Assembly: GCA_002269645.1 (NCBI GenBank)
Contig: NIVC01003794.1
Coordinates: forward strand, 1 to 64,000
Length of the DNA: 64,000 bases
Reading direction: 5' to 3'
Origin: Macrostomum lignano
Lineage: Eukaryota
Shown: piece by piece, positions 13,635 to 25,795 of the stretch
Layout: each line of letters starts with the position of its first letter
Position numbering within the stretch: position 1 is the stretch's first letter
The notes under the pieces: generated by a model
Database searches by the model: none
Told to the model about the DNA's origin: nothing
Seen by the model: the letters and a program-made list of their open reading frames with translations, nothing else
Position numbers and translations under genes: made by a program

Positions 13635-14212
13635 GGACTTCCCACGACAGCAAAAAGGACAGGATGCATTGGAGGTTCCCGGAGACCAAGGACTAAGCAT
13701 TGCTTAAGAATAACATTAAGTATGGAAGCCCACTGATGAGATGAGGCTGCGTGGAGGCTGGAATCATGTCTAACTAACGACCGACCTGATGCTGGGGGAA
13801 ACGAGCTCTTCTGAGTAGGTGGGGGAGATGGGTGTGTGGCAATTTCCGATCGATCCCAGGTAATGAGATGAAGTTGAGAGGCTGAATTGCTCAACGAGGA
13901 ACGCTGTAGCATAGGCGGGCAAAGGGGAGCAGCAGTGCTGATCCGATGGTCTGGGACTCGTCTCGGGAGTCGGGAGGGTATGGGGGGTAAATCCTGGAGC
14001 GCCATCGAAATGGCCAGTCGATTGTGACAAATCCGCTTTGTGTGTCATCGCATTACAGAAGTCCACACTGAGAGAGCTTCAATTCTCGATGATCATGGGT
14101 TTTCAATGCCTCTAGAACTAAGAGCGTTGACCAAATAGAAAGATGATATCCTCATAAAGCATATTATACGCGTAATAAATTTAGAAATGATTTAGATTCA
14201 ATTTATTTATAG

Positions 14213-14476
14213 TATTCGCTAAGGCTGTCAAAATCAAAGATTTGTTTGCTCGTATCTTTCAAGGTCGGTGATTGGTTACGCCCAATCGTGACGTGATCGC
14301 GTGACCGGATGGACATACAATCGTTTCCTCTCCCTGAACGAACGCTGATTGGTTGGCTCAAGGTCAGCATTCTTGCAAGGATAGCTCACGCGCTACAAGC
14401 ATGTAAGCGAGTGAAATAAGTTGGGGGGACGAATCACGTGACCTTGACGTGAACAGATCTTTTTATGCCTTGAATA
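14213..14476. mobile_element. Degenerate foldback/MITE-like element
   Basis: Imperfect ~55-bp inverted termini (tattc..aaggc..aaa.agat.tgtt...caaggtc..gtgatt). Confidence 0.35.
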
Positions 14477-15500
14477 TTGTTCCTCGCTTTCCCATTTGCA
14501 GTTCGTGTTTAGTTAAAGATTTTAAAGATCTGGGAGACATCACTAGGGGCCCCGCCTAGTACAGCGTTTCAATAGCCTAATTTTAGCCTTCAGAGCACCC
14601 TTAATTAAAATTCTAGACTTGCCTAAAAGAAGGAAAAAGAAGACAAATACAGCAAATCTGATAATTGGAACTCGGCTTAGAAAATCCTCCAAGATGTTCG
14701 CTTCAGCGAATGCCATCGTGACAGAGTGGAACTGAAACTCAGCCTATTCAAGCAGACTGGAGTGTCTCCGGCCTGCTGCTGTTAGTTTGAGAACAGCCTC
14801 ACAGCTTCTCAAGAGTCGTTGATTTAATAGAGGCGTCCTCGCATTGAATTCATTGTGAAACTAGGCAGAAATTAGTTAATCACAGGCTGGCTACAGAATC
14901 GAAAGTTCGGAACAAGGACTGCTGACACGGACATCTGAAAATATCGCTGTGCGTATCAGCCAACGATGGTCTTTATCAACTCAGACTATTTTCTGCCAAT
15001 GATTGTCTTTAGAAACCCCAATCGGATTTCTATAAGATTTTAAGTGAATTTCAGGTATATAGTTATTTTTCCCTTCAAATGAAACATATTCTCATTGCAC
15101 TACTGATCGCTGCAACAGACCAGTAGTATTAAATGAAAGCGTGGCAGGGGTTGTGTTTTGATTAGCAGCATCGCTTTGCCATCAACAGGAAATTATGTTT
15201 ACAGGCAGATACCTGATTCAGTGCACTGGCTTTCGCCTTGGGTGGCAGGTTTGTAAATCAAACGAGGCTTTTATTGCTGATGCGGAGGCGGCATTGACTG
15301 GCTTGGATAACATCTGGCGAGTACTTTTCTTCTGTCACGCCCTGCCAGTAGCTATGAGAGGGGGACAGCTGCTACCGGCACCTCATACTCCAGGACTCAC
15401 TGACAGCGCCAGCGACTCAAGCCAATTATGCTGGATGGAGAAGGACATCCAGTTGGAGGTGTCCATATAAAGACATTCATAATTTACATTCACATTCATT

Positions 15501-16507
15501 CAGCTTGTGTCTCAGCTGTGTTTCAGCTTGTGACTCAACTTGTGTCTCAGATTGTGTCTCAGCTTGTGTCTCAGCTTGTGTCTCAGCTTGTGTCTCAGCT
15601 TGTGTCTCAGCTTGTGTCTCAGTGTGTATCAGCTTGTGTCTCAGCTTGTGTCTCAGCTTGTGTCTCAGCTTGTGTCTCAGCTTGTGTCTCAGCTGTGTTT
15701 CAGCTTGTGACTCAACTTGTGTCTCAGCTGTGTCTCAGCTTGTGTCTCAGCTTGTGTCTCAGCTTGTTTATCAGCTTGTGTCTCAGCTTTTTTATCAGCT
15801 TGTGTCTCAACTTGTGTCTCAGCTGTGTCTCAGCTTGTGTCTCAGTGTGTCTCAGCTTGTGTCTCAGTGTGTATCAGCTTGTGTCTCAGCTTGTGTCTCA
15901 GCTTGTGTCTCAGCTGTGTTTCAGCTTGTGACTCAACTTGTGTCTCAGCTGTGTCTCAGCTTGTGTCTCAGCTTGTGTCTCAGCTTGTTTATCAGCTTGT
16001 GTCTCAGCTTTTTTATCAGCTTGTGTCTCAACTTGTGTCTCAGCTGTGTCTCAGCTTGTGTCTCAGTGTGTCTCAGCTTGTGTCTCAGTGTGTATCAGCT
16101 TGTGTCTCAGCTTGTGTCTCAGCTTGTGTCTCAGCTTGTGTCTCAGCTTGTGTCTCAGCTGTGTCTCAGCTTTTTTATCAGCTTGTGTCTCAGCTTGTGT
16201 CTCAGCTTGTGTCTCAGCTTGTGTCTCAGCTTGTGTCTCAGCTTGTGTCTCAGCTTGTTTATCAGCTTGTGTCTCAGCTTGTGTCTCGGTTTGTGTTTCA
16301 ATTTGTGTCTCAGCTTGTGTCTCAGCTTGTGTCTCAGCTTGTGTCTCAGCTTGTGTCTCAGCTTGTGTCTCAGCTTGTGTCTCAGCTTGTGTCTCAGCTT
16401 GTGTCTCAGCTTGTGTCTCAGCTTGTGTCTCAGTTTGTGTCTCAGATTGTGTCTCAGCTTGTGTCTCAGCTTGTGTCTCAGCTTGTGTCTCAGCTTGTGT
16501 CTCAGCT
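15501..16507. repeat. 12-bp CAGCTTGTGTCT array with internal 221-bp block duplication
   Basis: Identical variant order starting at 15717 and 15938. Confidence 0.95.
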
Positions 16508-16987
16508 CAAAAATGTTTGCAGTTTTTAACAAGCTGGACCCTTAGGAGCTAGGTCCAATTTAATTTTTGCTTGCCACCTGGCATGGAGTAGCAGTTTTAC
16601 GGGCGGCAAAATCCAATTGAATTTTAAACAAAACCGGATTTAAAAAAACAGTGATGGCGGATTCGAGAGGCTGCAGGCGGATAAGCAGGCCAAGAAATAA
16701 TGAAAATGTCGGGAGTGCAAAGCTCTGTTCAAAAACACACGGTCCATAGTTGTTAGGGAAACAACAAAAGCAAAGTCATCGCTCGCTAGACAGAGAGGTG
16801 AAAAAATAAATGGGCGACTCACTGCTAAGCTGCAAGTCGTGGCTGTGGGTGAAAAGTTTTTATCAAAAAAGTTCTGAAAGGATTTTTATACCATGAAGTA
16901 TAATTTAGATAGTATGAAGCTCGACCGTGTGCCTGTAAAATGTCTCTTCCCGTCACAGAATAATAATGGCATGCTCGTCTCAGAATC

Positions 16988-17387
16988 ATCCTGTCTCTCC
17001 TTCACATCCTGCCTGTCTCTCCTTCACATCCTGCCTGTCTCTCCTTCACATCCTGCCTGTCTCTCCTTCATATCCTACCTGTCTCTCCTTCACATCCTGC
17101 CTGTCTCCCCTTCACATCCTGCCTGTCTCTCCTTCACATCCTGCCTGTCTCTCCTTCACATCCTGCCTGTCTCTCCTTCACACCCTACCTGTCTCTCCTT
17201 CACATCCTGCCTGTCTCTCCTTCACATCCTGCCTGTCTCTCCTTCACATCCTGCCTGTCTCTCCTTCACATCCTGCCTGTCTCTCCCTCATGTCCTGCCT
17301 GTCTCTCCCTCATGTCCTGCCTGTCTCTCCCTCATGTCCTGCCTGTCTCTCCCTCATGTCTCCCTAACGTCCTGCCTGTCTCTCCCG
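16988..17387. repeat. 22-bp TCCTGCCTGTCTCTCCTTCACA array overlapping the GPCR stop codon
   Basis: Direct inspection. Confidence 0.93.
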
Positions 17388-18488
17388 CCCGCAACGATCG
17401 CAGCGCCGGAGCACCCGGCTGACCCCGTCGCGAATGCCGCGGTTGAAGACGATGGTGATGCAGGGCACCGCGGCGGAGTTCACGTACAGGATGTAGTAGC
17501 AGCTGATCTCCAGGTGCAGCAGGCCCATGTTGTCCAGCACCATGGGCAGCAGGCTGAAGAACTGCACCAGATTCCCCACGATCAGCGCCATCAGCGGGCG
17601 CAGCATTTGCTCTCCGCCACCGGCCTGCTGCGACAGTCGCTGCGACGGCCGCTGCTCCGGTTTCTCAGCGCTGTTCGAAGCCGCCGCGCCAGCCGCCGGA
17701 GCGGGCCCAGCCTGGCGCCGTTTCTGCCACCACCGGCCAACCAGGAGAGCCCCGGTGCCCAGGTAGCTGGCCAGGGACACCGAGTAGTTCAGCACCGCCA
17801 GGGCCGCCTTGACTAGCGCGTTCGCGCTCTGGTGCTCTGTTAGGAATCGGCAGACCGTCTCGCTGCCGTCCGGGTCCGCCGCCAGCCCCAGCATCAACCA
17901 GACCTGCAGGCCGGCCTCGCCCAGCACGGCGACCGCCACAACGCAGCAGGCGATGCCGCGGACGGCCGCCAGGCTCCAGCGCCGGCTGAGCGGCGCGGCC
18001 ACCGCCAGCAGCCGGTCGACGGCCAGCAGGCAGTAGGCGTTCGCCTCCAAGCCAATGGTGACGTCGCGCAGGCTGGTGAGGAACTTCGGCAGCGAGTAGC
18101 CCCTGGTCAGGTAGGGGTTCTCGTCCTCGGACGGCCAGCCCGGCCAGACGCGGTCGCCGCCGGAGGTGCGGTTGTGGTAGCCGATGCCCAGATAGAACAG
18201 CATGAGCAGCAGCACGCAGCCGGCCAGCAGCTCGTAGCAGCTGAGCAGCAGCGTCAGGAAGCGGAAGGTCCTCCTGGCGCCAGCGGGGAAGCCGCCGCCG
18301 ATGGTGACGGCGGAGACGATGAAGGAGTTGCCGAGGATGGCGAACAGGGCCAGGCAGGCGTACACGATGAAGAAGTGCAACCCGCTGGCCTGGCGCGGCT
18401 TGTACAGCTCGGCGAAGTCTCGGCACTGCGCACCCGCCAGCAGCAAGCCGGTCGAATTAGCGTCGCTCGACTCATTGGCGGTTGTCAT
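17364..18488 (-). CDS. Intronless orphan rhodopsin-like (class A) GPCR, 374 aa
   Basis: Seven hydrophobic segments, N-terminal NES/NST glycosylation sites, GN in TM1, AVDRL at end of TM3, NSAAVPCI in TM7, GC3-rich codons. Confidence 0.88.
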   Translation of the reverse strand: MTTANESSDANSTGLLLAGAQCRDFAELYKPRQASGLHFFIVYACLALFAILGNSFIVSAVTIGGGFPAGARRTFRFLTLLLSCYELLAGCVLLLMLFYLGIGYHNRTSGGDRVWPGWPSEDENPYLTRGYSLPKFLTSLRDVTIGLEANAYCLLAVDRLLAVAAPLSRRWSLAAVRGIACCVVAVAVLGEAGLQVWLMLGLAADPDGSETVCRFLTEHQSANALVKAALAVLNYSVSLASYLGTGALLVGRWWQKRRQAGPAPAAGAAASNSAEKPEQRPSQRLSQQAGGGEQMLRPLMALIVGNLVQFFSLLPMVLDNMGLLHLEISCYYILYVNSAAVPCITIVFNRGIRDGVSRVLRRCDRCGRERQAGR

Positions 18489-19008
18489 GGCAACGTGTAA
18501 GCAGGTAATTTCTTGAAAGACTGGTTAAAGAGGTTTTGCTTTTAGAAGCAGCTCAGCTCAGGAGGCAGTTATAGTGGAGCCAAGACGCTCCCATTGGCTG
18601 GGGGATGGCCCTGCAAGCTGTGGACCTGCTTCCCCAGTCTCTGAGGATATCCCAAAACTCTGGCCTCATCAATTTTCAAAGTTTAAAAAGTAGAAACCTC
18701 TTACAAGGGATACAACTGGATTAACGGATATTCCTATTTTTCAGCTAGAAATTGCTTTCAAGTGCCTGTGACGCGCTCGCAGCAGGCAAAGGCTGTAAGA
18801 GTGCATCCGAATTTCGCTCAGGCGGTCACGCAGCAGCTGCGTGTCAGAGCTGAGAAAAAGGTGGCGCCACTGCGGCTCAGCTTCCTTATCTCCCATGCGG
18901 GGCCGGGGGATGGAGGCAGATCTCGGAGGCTGGAAGCTGCATCAGTCAGCGGGCAAAGTTTTCCCAATCTAAAAGTAAGAACTTAGAAATTGGTTCTTCG
19001 GAAAGAGC

Positions 19009-19560
19009 CAGAGATGTAAACAGCTGTGTCAGAGATGTGATCAGCTGTGTCAGAGATGTAAACAGCTGTGTCAGAGATGTGATCAGCTGTGTCAGAGATG
19101 TAAACAGCTGTGTCAGAGATGTGATCAGCTGTGTCAGAGATGTCAACAGCTGTGTCAGAGATGTCAACAGCTGTGTCAGAGATGTCAACAGCTGTGTCAG
19201 AGATGTCAACAGCTGTGTCAGAGATGTCAACAGCTGTGTCAGAGATGTCAACAGCTGTGTCAGAGATGTCAACAGCTGTGTCAGAGATGTCAACAGCTGT
19301 GTCAGAGATGTCAACAGCTGTGTCAGAGATGTGATCAGCTGTGTCAGAAATGTCAAAAGCTGTGTCAGAGATGTGATATGCTGTGTCAGAAATGTGATCA
19401 GCTGTGTCAGAGATGTGATTAGCTGTGTCAGAGATGTGATCAGCTGTGTCAGAGATGTCAACAGCTGTGTCAGAAATGTCAACAGCTGTGTCAGAGATGT
19501 GATTAGCTGTGTCAGAGATGTAATCAGCTGTGTCAGTAGTGCTATCAGCTGTGCCAGAGG
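19009..19560. repeat. 21-bp AGAGATGTCAACAGCTGTGTC array
   Basis: About 26 units. Confidence 0.95.
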
Positions 19561-20058
19561 CAGTATTAACGGTGTCGATTCGGTGGCATAAAAAATGGCA
19601 CTTATAGCATCCGCAATGCCGGTAGCGCATAAAAATCGCATCCTTCAGACTTCGGTCGCTCAGTCGCTGAGCCAAGTTGTTGATCCCCCCCCAATCGATA
19701 ATTCCCACGGGCGCCATGTGTTGACTCGGCAAATATCGGTAAACAGAAGGCAGGGTTGGATGCTTGAGAAACAGCTGCTGGATTGGCGGCTGCCCCCGTG
19801 CTCCTGCTGGTGCTCAACACAGGCATCTGAATGTCTCTGCATAAAATGAAGCTCACGATGTGCAAAAGTACACGATAGGGTACTCAGGAATTTCTCAGGT
19901 ATCGCAATCAGAAAGAAGAAGGACTCTGAAATTTCATTCTTTGTGATGCATGCTGGAACTTTTCGGGTGCTCAGTTGAAGTGTGCTCAATAGTACTCTAA
20001 CTAACCTTCATGAGGGTTGGAGGATTCGAGCACCAGCCGCAGTTCTGACCATAGACAA

Positions 20059-20260
20059 ATGAAAAGGAAGCTCTCGAAAAAGCGGGGAAAATGTCATCAG
20101 CAGTTCGATATTTTCGAGCACAGCTTCAACCGGAAGGCCATGGCAACCAAAACTGTGACGGCCACCAGGGTGAATTCGCTGGTGCTGCACTTCAGCATCC
20201 CCGTGGCTGAGGAGCGATGCAGCCGGCGAGAAGAGGATCCGGTGGCAACGGCAACTGATG
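20059..20260 (+). CDS. Orphan 308-aa protein, exon 1 of 3
   Basis: ATG MKRKLSKK...ATD, phase-1 donor g|gtgagc at 20261; joins in frame to 21369. Confidence 0.6.
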
Positions 20261-20376
20261 GTGAGCTTTCTGTCTTACTGGGGGACTCGTGACCCCAGAT
20301 CTGCTTCATCCACCTATTGGGGGGGGGGGCAAAGTGGCTCTGTGGGTTCAGGCGTCTGACTCTCAAAAGTCCATGC

Positions 20377-20644
20377 CACGGGTGGGCAAACACTTTCAAC
20401 TCAAAGGGCCTGGTGTAGAAGCTAGCGCTTGGCTGCAGGCCAGAGAGAGGAGATAGGGCAGATGAGAGAGAGAGGGGAGGAGATAGAGGAGATAACGAGA
20501 GGAGAAAAAATAAACGAGGTCTTAGAAGAGGCAAACCTTGAGCGGGCCAGATTGCCATTGTGAAATTTCAAAGGACCGAGGATTGGATAGAGAGGCTTCG
20601 CTATGTGGCCATGTGGCCTGTGGGCCATAGTTTGCCGACCCCTG
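20377..20644. mobile_element. hAT (Charlie-like) MITE in intron 1 of the orphan gene
   Basis: TIRs CACGGGTGGGCAAAC / GTTTGCCGACCCCTG; 8-bp flanks gtccatgc / gtctatgt (6/8 match); internal GA tract. Confidence 0.75.
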
Positions 20645-20654
20645 GTCTATGTGT

Positions 20655-21275
20655 TCCCTCACCCACCCCAACCCTCTTAGCTGCAGGGCGGTCCGAAGAC
20701 GCAGCGGGGAGGCGAGCGTCGCCCATTCCGCTAACCCCCCAACCCTCACCCACCTCAACCCTCACCCACCCCAACCCTCACCCACCCCAACCCTCTTAGC
20801 TGCAGGGCGGTCCGAAGACGCAGCGGGGAGGCGAGCGTCGCCCATTCCGCTAACCCCCCAACCCTCACCCACCTCAACCCTCACCCACCCCAACCCTCAC
20901 CCATCCCAACCCTCACCCACCCCAACCCTCACCCACCCCAACCCTCACCCACCTCAACCCTCACCCACCCCAACCCTCACCCATCCCAACCCTCACCCAT
21001 CCCAACCCTCACCCACCCCAACCCTCACCCACCCCAACCCTCACCCAACCCAACCCTCACCCAACCCAACCCTCACCCACCCCAACCCTCACCCACCCCA
21101 ACCCTCACCCACCCCAACCCTCACCCACCCCAACCCTCACCCACCCCAACCCTCACCCACCCCAACCCTCACCCACCCCAACTCTCACCCATCCCAACCC
21201 TCACCCATCCCAACCCTCACCCACCCCAACCCTCACTCACCTTAACCCTCACCACTCAACCTTCACCCAACCCTA
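20655..21275. repeat. 16-bp CCCTCACCCACCCCAA array containing a 119-bp direct duplication
   Basis: Unique block cttagctgcagggcggtccgaagacgcagc occurs at ~20676 and ~20795. Confidence 0.92.
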
Positions 21276-21368
21276 CCGAGCAGCAATATTATTGTAAAAG
21301 CATCCCACCGCCTCATCAGTATCCCTGCTGAAACTCCAGCCCCACAGAACCTCTTACATCCTCCTCAG

Positions 21369-21819
21369 ACTCGCGGTTCGACCTCAGCTCCGGCCGACAC
21401 AACGTGGCAACCACGGCGACCGCCTCCTCCTCCACCGCCCAGCCGGGGTTCGAGGGCGACAACATCAGCCCGGCGTATTTCAGGCGCATGGCGCCCGCGC
21501 CAGCGATGGCTCGGCGCCGTCTACTGCTGGCTGTGGAGCCGCGCCGGATGGCGCCCCGGCGCCAGTGGGTCCGCGTGGGCGGCACGAGAAGCGCCGACCT
21601 GCCCGCGCCAGTGGTGTCGGACTTCTGCGTCCCGTTCGACCGCGACCTGCTGAAGAAGCTGCGGGCAAATCGTGCGGCTTTGCAAAGCATCGCGGACCGG
21701 ACCTGCAGCCTGCTGTACATCCGGAAGACGCTGCTGCTCAGGGGGACTCACAGGACCAAAACCTGGGCCAAGTACTTCATGTGCCGGTTCTACAGCCTCA
21801 AGCAGCCGCTTCTTAAACG
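21369..21819 (+). CDS. Orphan 308-aa protein, exon 2 (KH-like segment)
   Basis: Acceptor tcctcctcag, GC3-rich frame DSRFDL...FCVPFDRDLLKKLRANRAALQSIADRTCSLLYIRKTLLLRG...PLLK, phase-2 donor cg|gtgcag. Confidence 0.75.
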
Positions 21820-21881
21820 GTGCAGTTCACCTCAGATTTCTTACTGAGCTTGTGAATCAGCTTCAACATTTGTTCTTCATC

Positions 21882-23510
21882 ACCATTCCCCTCCACCATT
21901 CCCCTCCACCATTCCCCTTCAACATTCCTCCTCCACCATTCCCCTCCACCATTCCCCTCCACCATTCCCCTCCACCATTCCCTCTCCACCATTCCCTCTC
22001 CACCATTCCCCTCCACCATTCCCTCTCCACCATTCCCCTCCACCATTCCCCTCCACCATTCCCCTCCACCATTCCCCTCCACCATTCCCCTCCACCATTC
22101 CCCTCCACCATTCCCCCTTCAACATTCCTCCTCCACCATTCCCCTCCACCATTCCCCTCCACCATTCCCCTCCACCATTCCCTCTCCACCATTCCCTCTC
22201 CACCATTCCCCTCCACCATTCCCTCTCCACCATTCCCCTCCACCATTCCCCTCCACCATTCCCCCTTCAACATTCCTCCTCCACCATTCCCCTCCACCAT
22301 TCCCCTCCACCATTCCCCTCCACCATTCCCTCTCCACCATTCCCTCTCCACCATTCCCCTCCACCATTCCCTCTCCACCATTCCCCTCCACCATTCCCCT
22401 CCACCATTCCCCTCCACCATTCCCCTCCACCATTCCCCTCCACCATTCCCCTCCACCATTCCCCCTTCAACATTCCTCCTCCACCATTCCCCTCCACCAT
22501 TCCCCTCCACCATTCCCCTCCACCATTCCCTCTCCACCATTCCCTCTCCACCATTCCCCTCCACCATTCCCTCTCCACCATTCCCCTCCACCATTCCCCT
22601 CCACCATTCCCCTCCACCATTCCCCTCCACCATTCCCCTCCACCATTCCCCTCCACCATTCCCCCTTCAACATTCCTCCTCCACCATTCCCCTCCACCAT
22701 TCCCCTCCACCATTCCCCTCCACCATTCCCTCTCCACCATTCCCTCTCCACCATTCCCCTCCACCATTCCCTCTCCACCATTCCCCTCCACCATTCCCCT
22801 CCACCATTCCCCTCCACCATTCCCCTCCACCATTCCCCTCCACCATTCCCCTCCACCATTCCCCTCCACCATTCCCCTCCACCATTCCCCTCCACCATTC
22901 CCCTCCACCATTCCCCTCCACCATTCCCCTCCACCATTCCCCTCCACCATTCCCCTCCACCATTCCCCTCCACCATTCCCCTCCACCATTCCCCTCCACC
23001 ATTCCCCCTTCAACATTCCTCCTCCACCATTCCCCTCCACCATTCCCCTCCACCATTCCCCTCCACCATTCCCTCTCCACCATTCCCTCTCCACCATTCC
23101 CCTCCACCATTCCCTCTCCACCATTCCCCTCCACCATTCCCCTCCACCATTCCCCTCCACCATTCCCCTCCACCATTCCCCTTCACCATTCCCCCTCCAC
23201 CATTCACCCCACCATTCCCCCTCCACCATTCCCCTCCACCATTCCCCTCCACCATTCCCCCTCCACCATTCCCTCAGCATTCCCCCTCCACCATTCCCCC
23301 CCACATTCCCCCTCCACCATTCCCCCTCCACCATTCCCTCAGCATTCCCCCTCCACCATTCCCCCCCCACATTCCCCCTCCACCATTCCCCTCCACCATT
23401 TACCCTCCATGTCTTACCCTCGACATCTCTCCCCTCCACTTCTCTCCCCTCCACTTCTCACCCCTCCACTTCTCACCCCTCCACTTCTCACCCTCCATAT
23501 CTCACCCTCT
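21882..23510. repeat. 13-bp CCATTCCCCTCCA array with higher-order blocks
   Basis: Marker cccccttcaacattcctcc recurs near 21915, 22113, 22261, 22461, 22661 and 23004. Confidence 0.95.
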
Positions 23511-23552
23511 TTCTCTCTCGAATCGAACCCACCCTCCCGGAACGCCCGCCAG

Positions 23553-23826
23553 CTGCTTCCGCCTGCTGGAGCAGTTCGACGCGGCCTTCTGCACGCGGCA
23601 CCGCTGCCAGCACGAGCGCGACCGCGTCACCCTGCTGCTCAACCGGTCGGTGCCGGAGAACACGTCGCTGCGAGTCAGCCGGCAGCGGCTGCGCAAATCC
23701 GACGACTATTTTGGCAAGATGCCGCTGCTGCCCGACCCGCACCTGGCCAGCATGGCGGCCCGGTTGACCCGGTCCTGCGTGAGCAGCAGCTCGCTGCTGG
23801 CCCAGCTGGTCGCCTGGGAGCCCTAG
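23553..23826 (+). CDS. Orphan 308-aa protein, exon 3
   Basis: Acceptor cccgccag, phase 2 matches; CFRLLEQFDAAFC...AWEP*. The three exons total 927 nt = 309 codons. Confidence 0.75.
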
Positions 23827-24114
23827 CGGATTCTGGCCAACGCGGATGTCAATATGATTATTAATTGAGAGTTGCTAGGCCTCACCTGATAGCGGCTCCA
23901 AGAGCCTGTGTGACCTTGGTACCAGTTGCTTTTCAGGCAGGCTTTTTTAATGCTAAAATTTTGCATTTACCCATTTAAACAAACAAATACCGGTATGTAC
24001 TCACTGATCCGATATGACTCTGATAGAAAACTTTTAAATATAATATTCGGTTATTATTGCAAAATTTTTAACACAGATAACGCAGCAAGGATTGAAATGA
24101 AACCCGTGAATTAT

Positions 24115-24870
24115 AGGAATCCAACACAAAACTGATTGGAATCCAACACAAAACTGATTGGAATCTAACACAAAACTGATTGGAATCCAACACAAAACTG
24201 ATTGGAATCCAACACAAAACTGATTGATTGGAATCCAACACAAAACTGATTGGAATCCAACACAAAACTGATTGGAATCCAACACAAAACTGATTGGAAT
24301 CCAACACAAAACTGATTGGAATCCAACACAAAACTGATTGGAATCCAACACAAAACTGATTGGAATCCAACACAAAACTGATTGGAATCCAACACAAAAC
24401 TGATTGGAATCCAACACAAAACTGATTGATTGGAATCCAACACAAAACTGATTGGAATCCAACACAAAACTGAGTGGAATCCAACACAAAACTGATTGGA
24501 ATCCAACACAAAACTGATTGGAATCCAACACAAAACTGATTGGAATCCAACACAAAACTGATTGGAATCCAATACAAAACTGATTGGAATCCAACACAAA
24601 ACTGATTGGAATCCAACACAAAACTGATTGGAATCCAACACAAAACTGATTGGAATCCAACACAAAACTGATTGGAATCCAACACAAAACTGATTGGAAT
24701 CCAACACAAAACTGATTGATTGGAATCCAACACAAAACTGATTGATTGGAATCCAACACAAAACTGATTGGAATCCAACACAAAACTGATTGGAATCCAA
24801 CACAAAACTGATTGGAATCCAACACAAAACTGATTGGAATCTAACACAAAACTGATTGGAATCCAACACA
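24115..24870. repeat. 22-bp GGAATCCAACACAAAACTGATT array
   Basis: About 34 homogeneous units. Confidence 0.96.
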
Positions 24871-25009
24871 ATACCTGATTTCTTCCGACAGAAAAGTTAT
24901 AAAACAAGTGTTCATTAGATCGACTGTCGCTACTTAAAGTAGGCCAGGAGCGGGCAGAGAGGGATAACGAAGAGGGATCGAAGGAAGAAGAGAGAGGAAG
25001 AGCGGTGAG

Positions 25010-25795
25010 GGGGGAGAGTGGAGTGACGGAGAGTGGAGAGAGGGAGAGTGGAGAGAGGGAGAGTGGAGAGAGGGAGAGTGGAGAGAGGGAGAGTGGAGAG
25101 AGGGAGAGTGGAGAGAGGGAGAGTGGAGAGAGGGAGAGTGGAGAGGGAGAGTGGAGAGAGGCAGAGTGGAGAGAGGGAGAGTGGAGAGAGGCAGAGTGGA
25201 GAGAGGCAGAGTGGAGAGAGGGAGAGTGGAGAGAGGCAGAGTGGAGAGAGGGAGAGTGGAGAGGGAGAGTGGAGAGAGGGAGAGTGGAGAGAGGGAGAGT
25301 GGAGAGAGGGAGAGTGGAGAGAGGGAGAGTGGAGAGAGGGAGAGTGGAGAGAGGGAGAGTGGAGAGAGGGAGAGTGGAGAGAGGGAGAGTGGAGAGAGGG
25401 AGAGTGGAGAGAGGGAGAGTGGAGAGAGGGAGAGTGGAGAGAGGGAGAGTGGAGAGAGGGAGAGTGGAGAGAGGGAGAGTGGAGAGAGGGAGAGTGGAGA
25501 GAGGGAGAGTGGAGAGGGGAGAGTAGAGAGAGGGAGAGTAGAGAGAGGGAGAGTGGAGAGAGGGAGAGTGGAGAGAGGGAGAGTGGAGAGAGGGAGAGTG
25601 GAGAGAGGGAGAGTGGAGAGAGGGAGAGTGGAGAGAGGGAGAGTAGAGAGAGGGAGAGTGGAGAGAGGGAGAGTAGAGAGAGGGAGGGTGGAGAGAGGGA
25701 GAGTGGAGAGAGGGAGAGTAGAGAGAGGGAGAGTGGAGAGAGGGAGAGTAGAGAGAGGGAGGGTGGAGAGAGGGAGAGTGGAGAGAGGGAGATAG
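25010..25795. repeat. 15-bp GGAGAGAGGGAGAGT array
   Basis: Direct inspection. Confidence 0.95.

Noticed and set aside
18946-19732. ORFs through the 21-bp array (DTAVDIS or LLTSLTQ heptads)
   Set aside because: The unit is a multiple of 3 and open on both strands in several frames; the flanks show no domain or codon bias. Would need transcript evidence.
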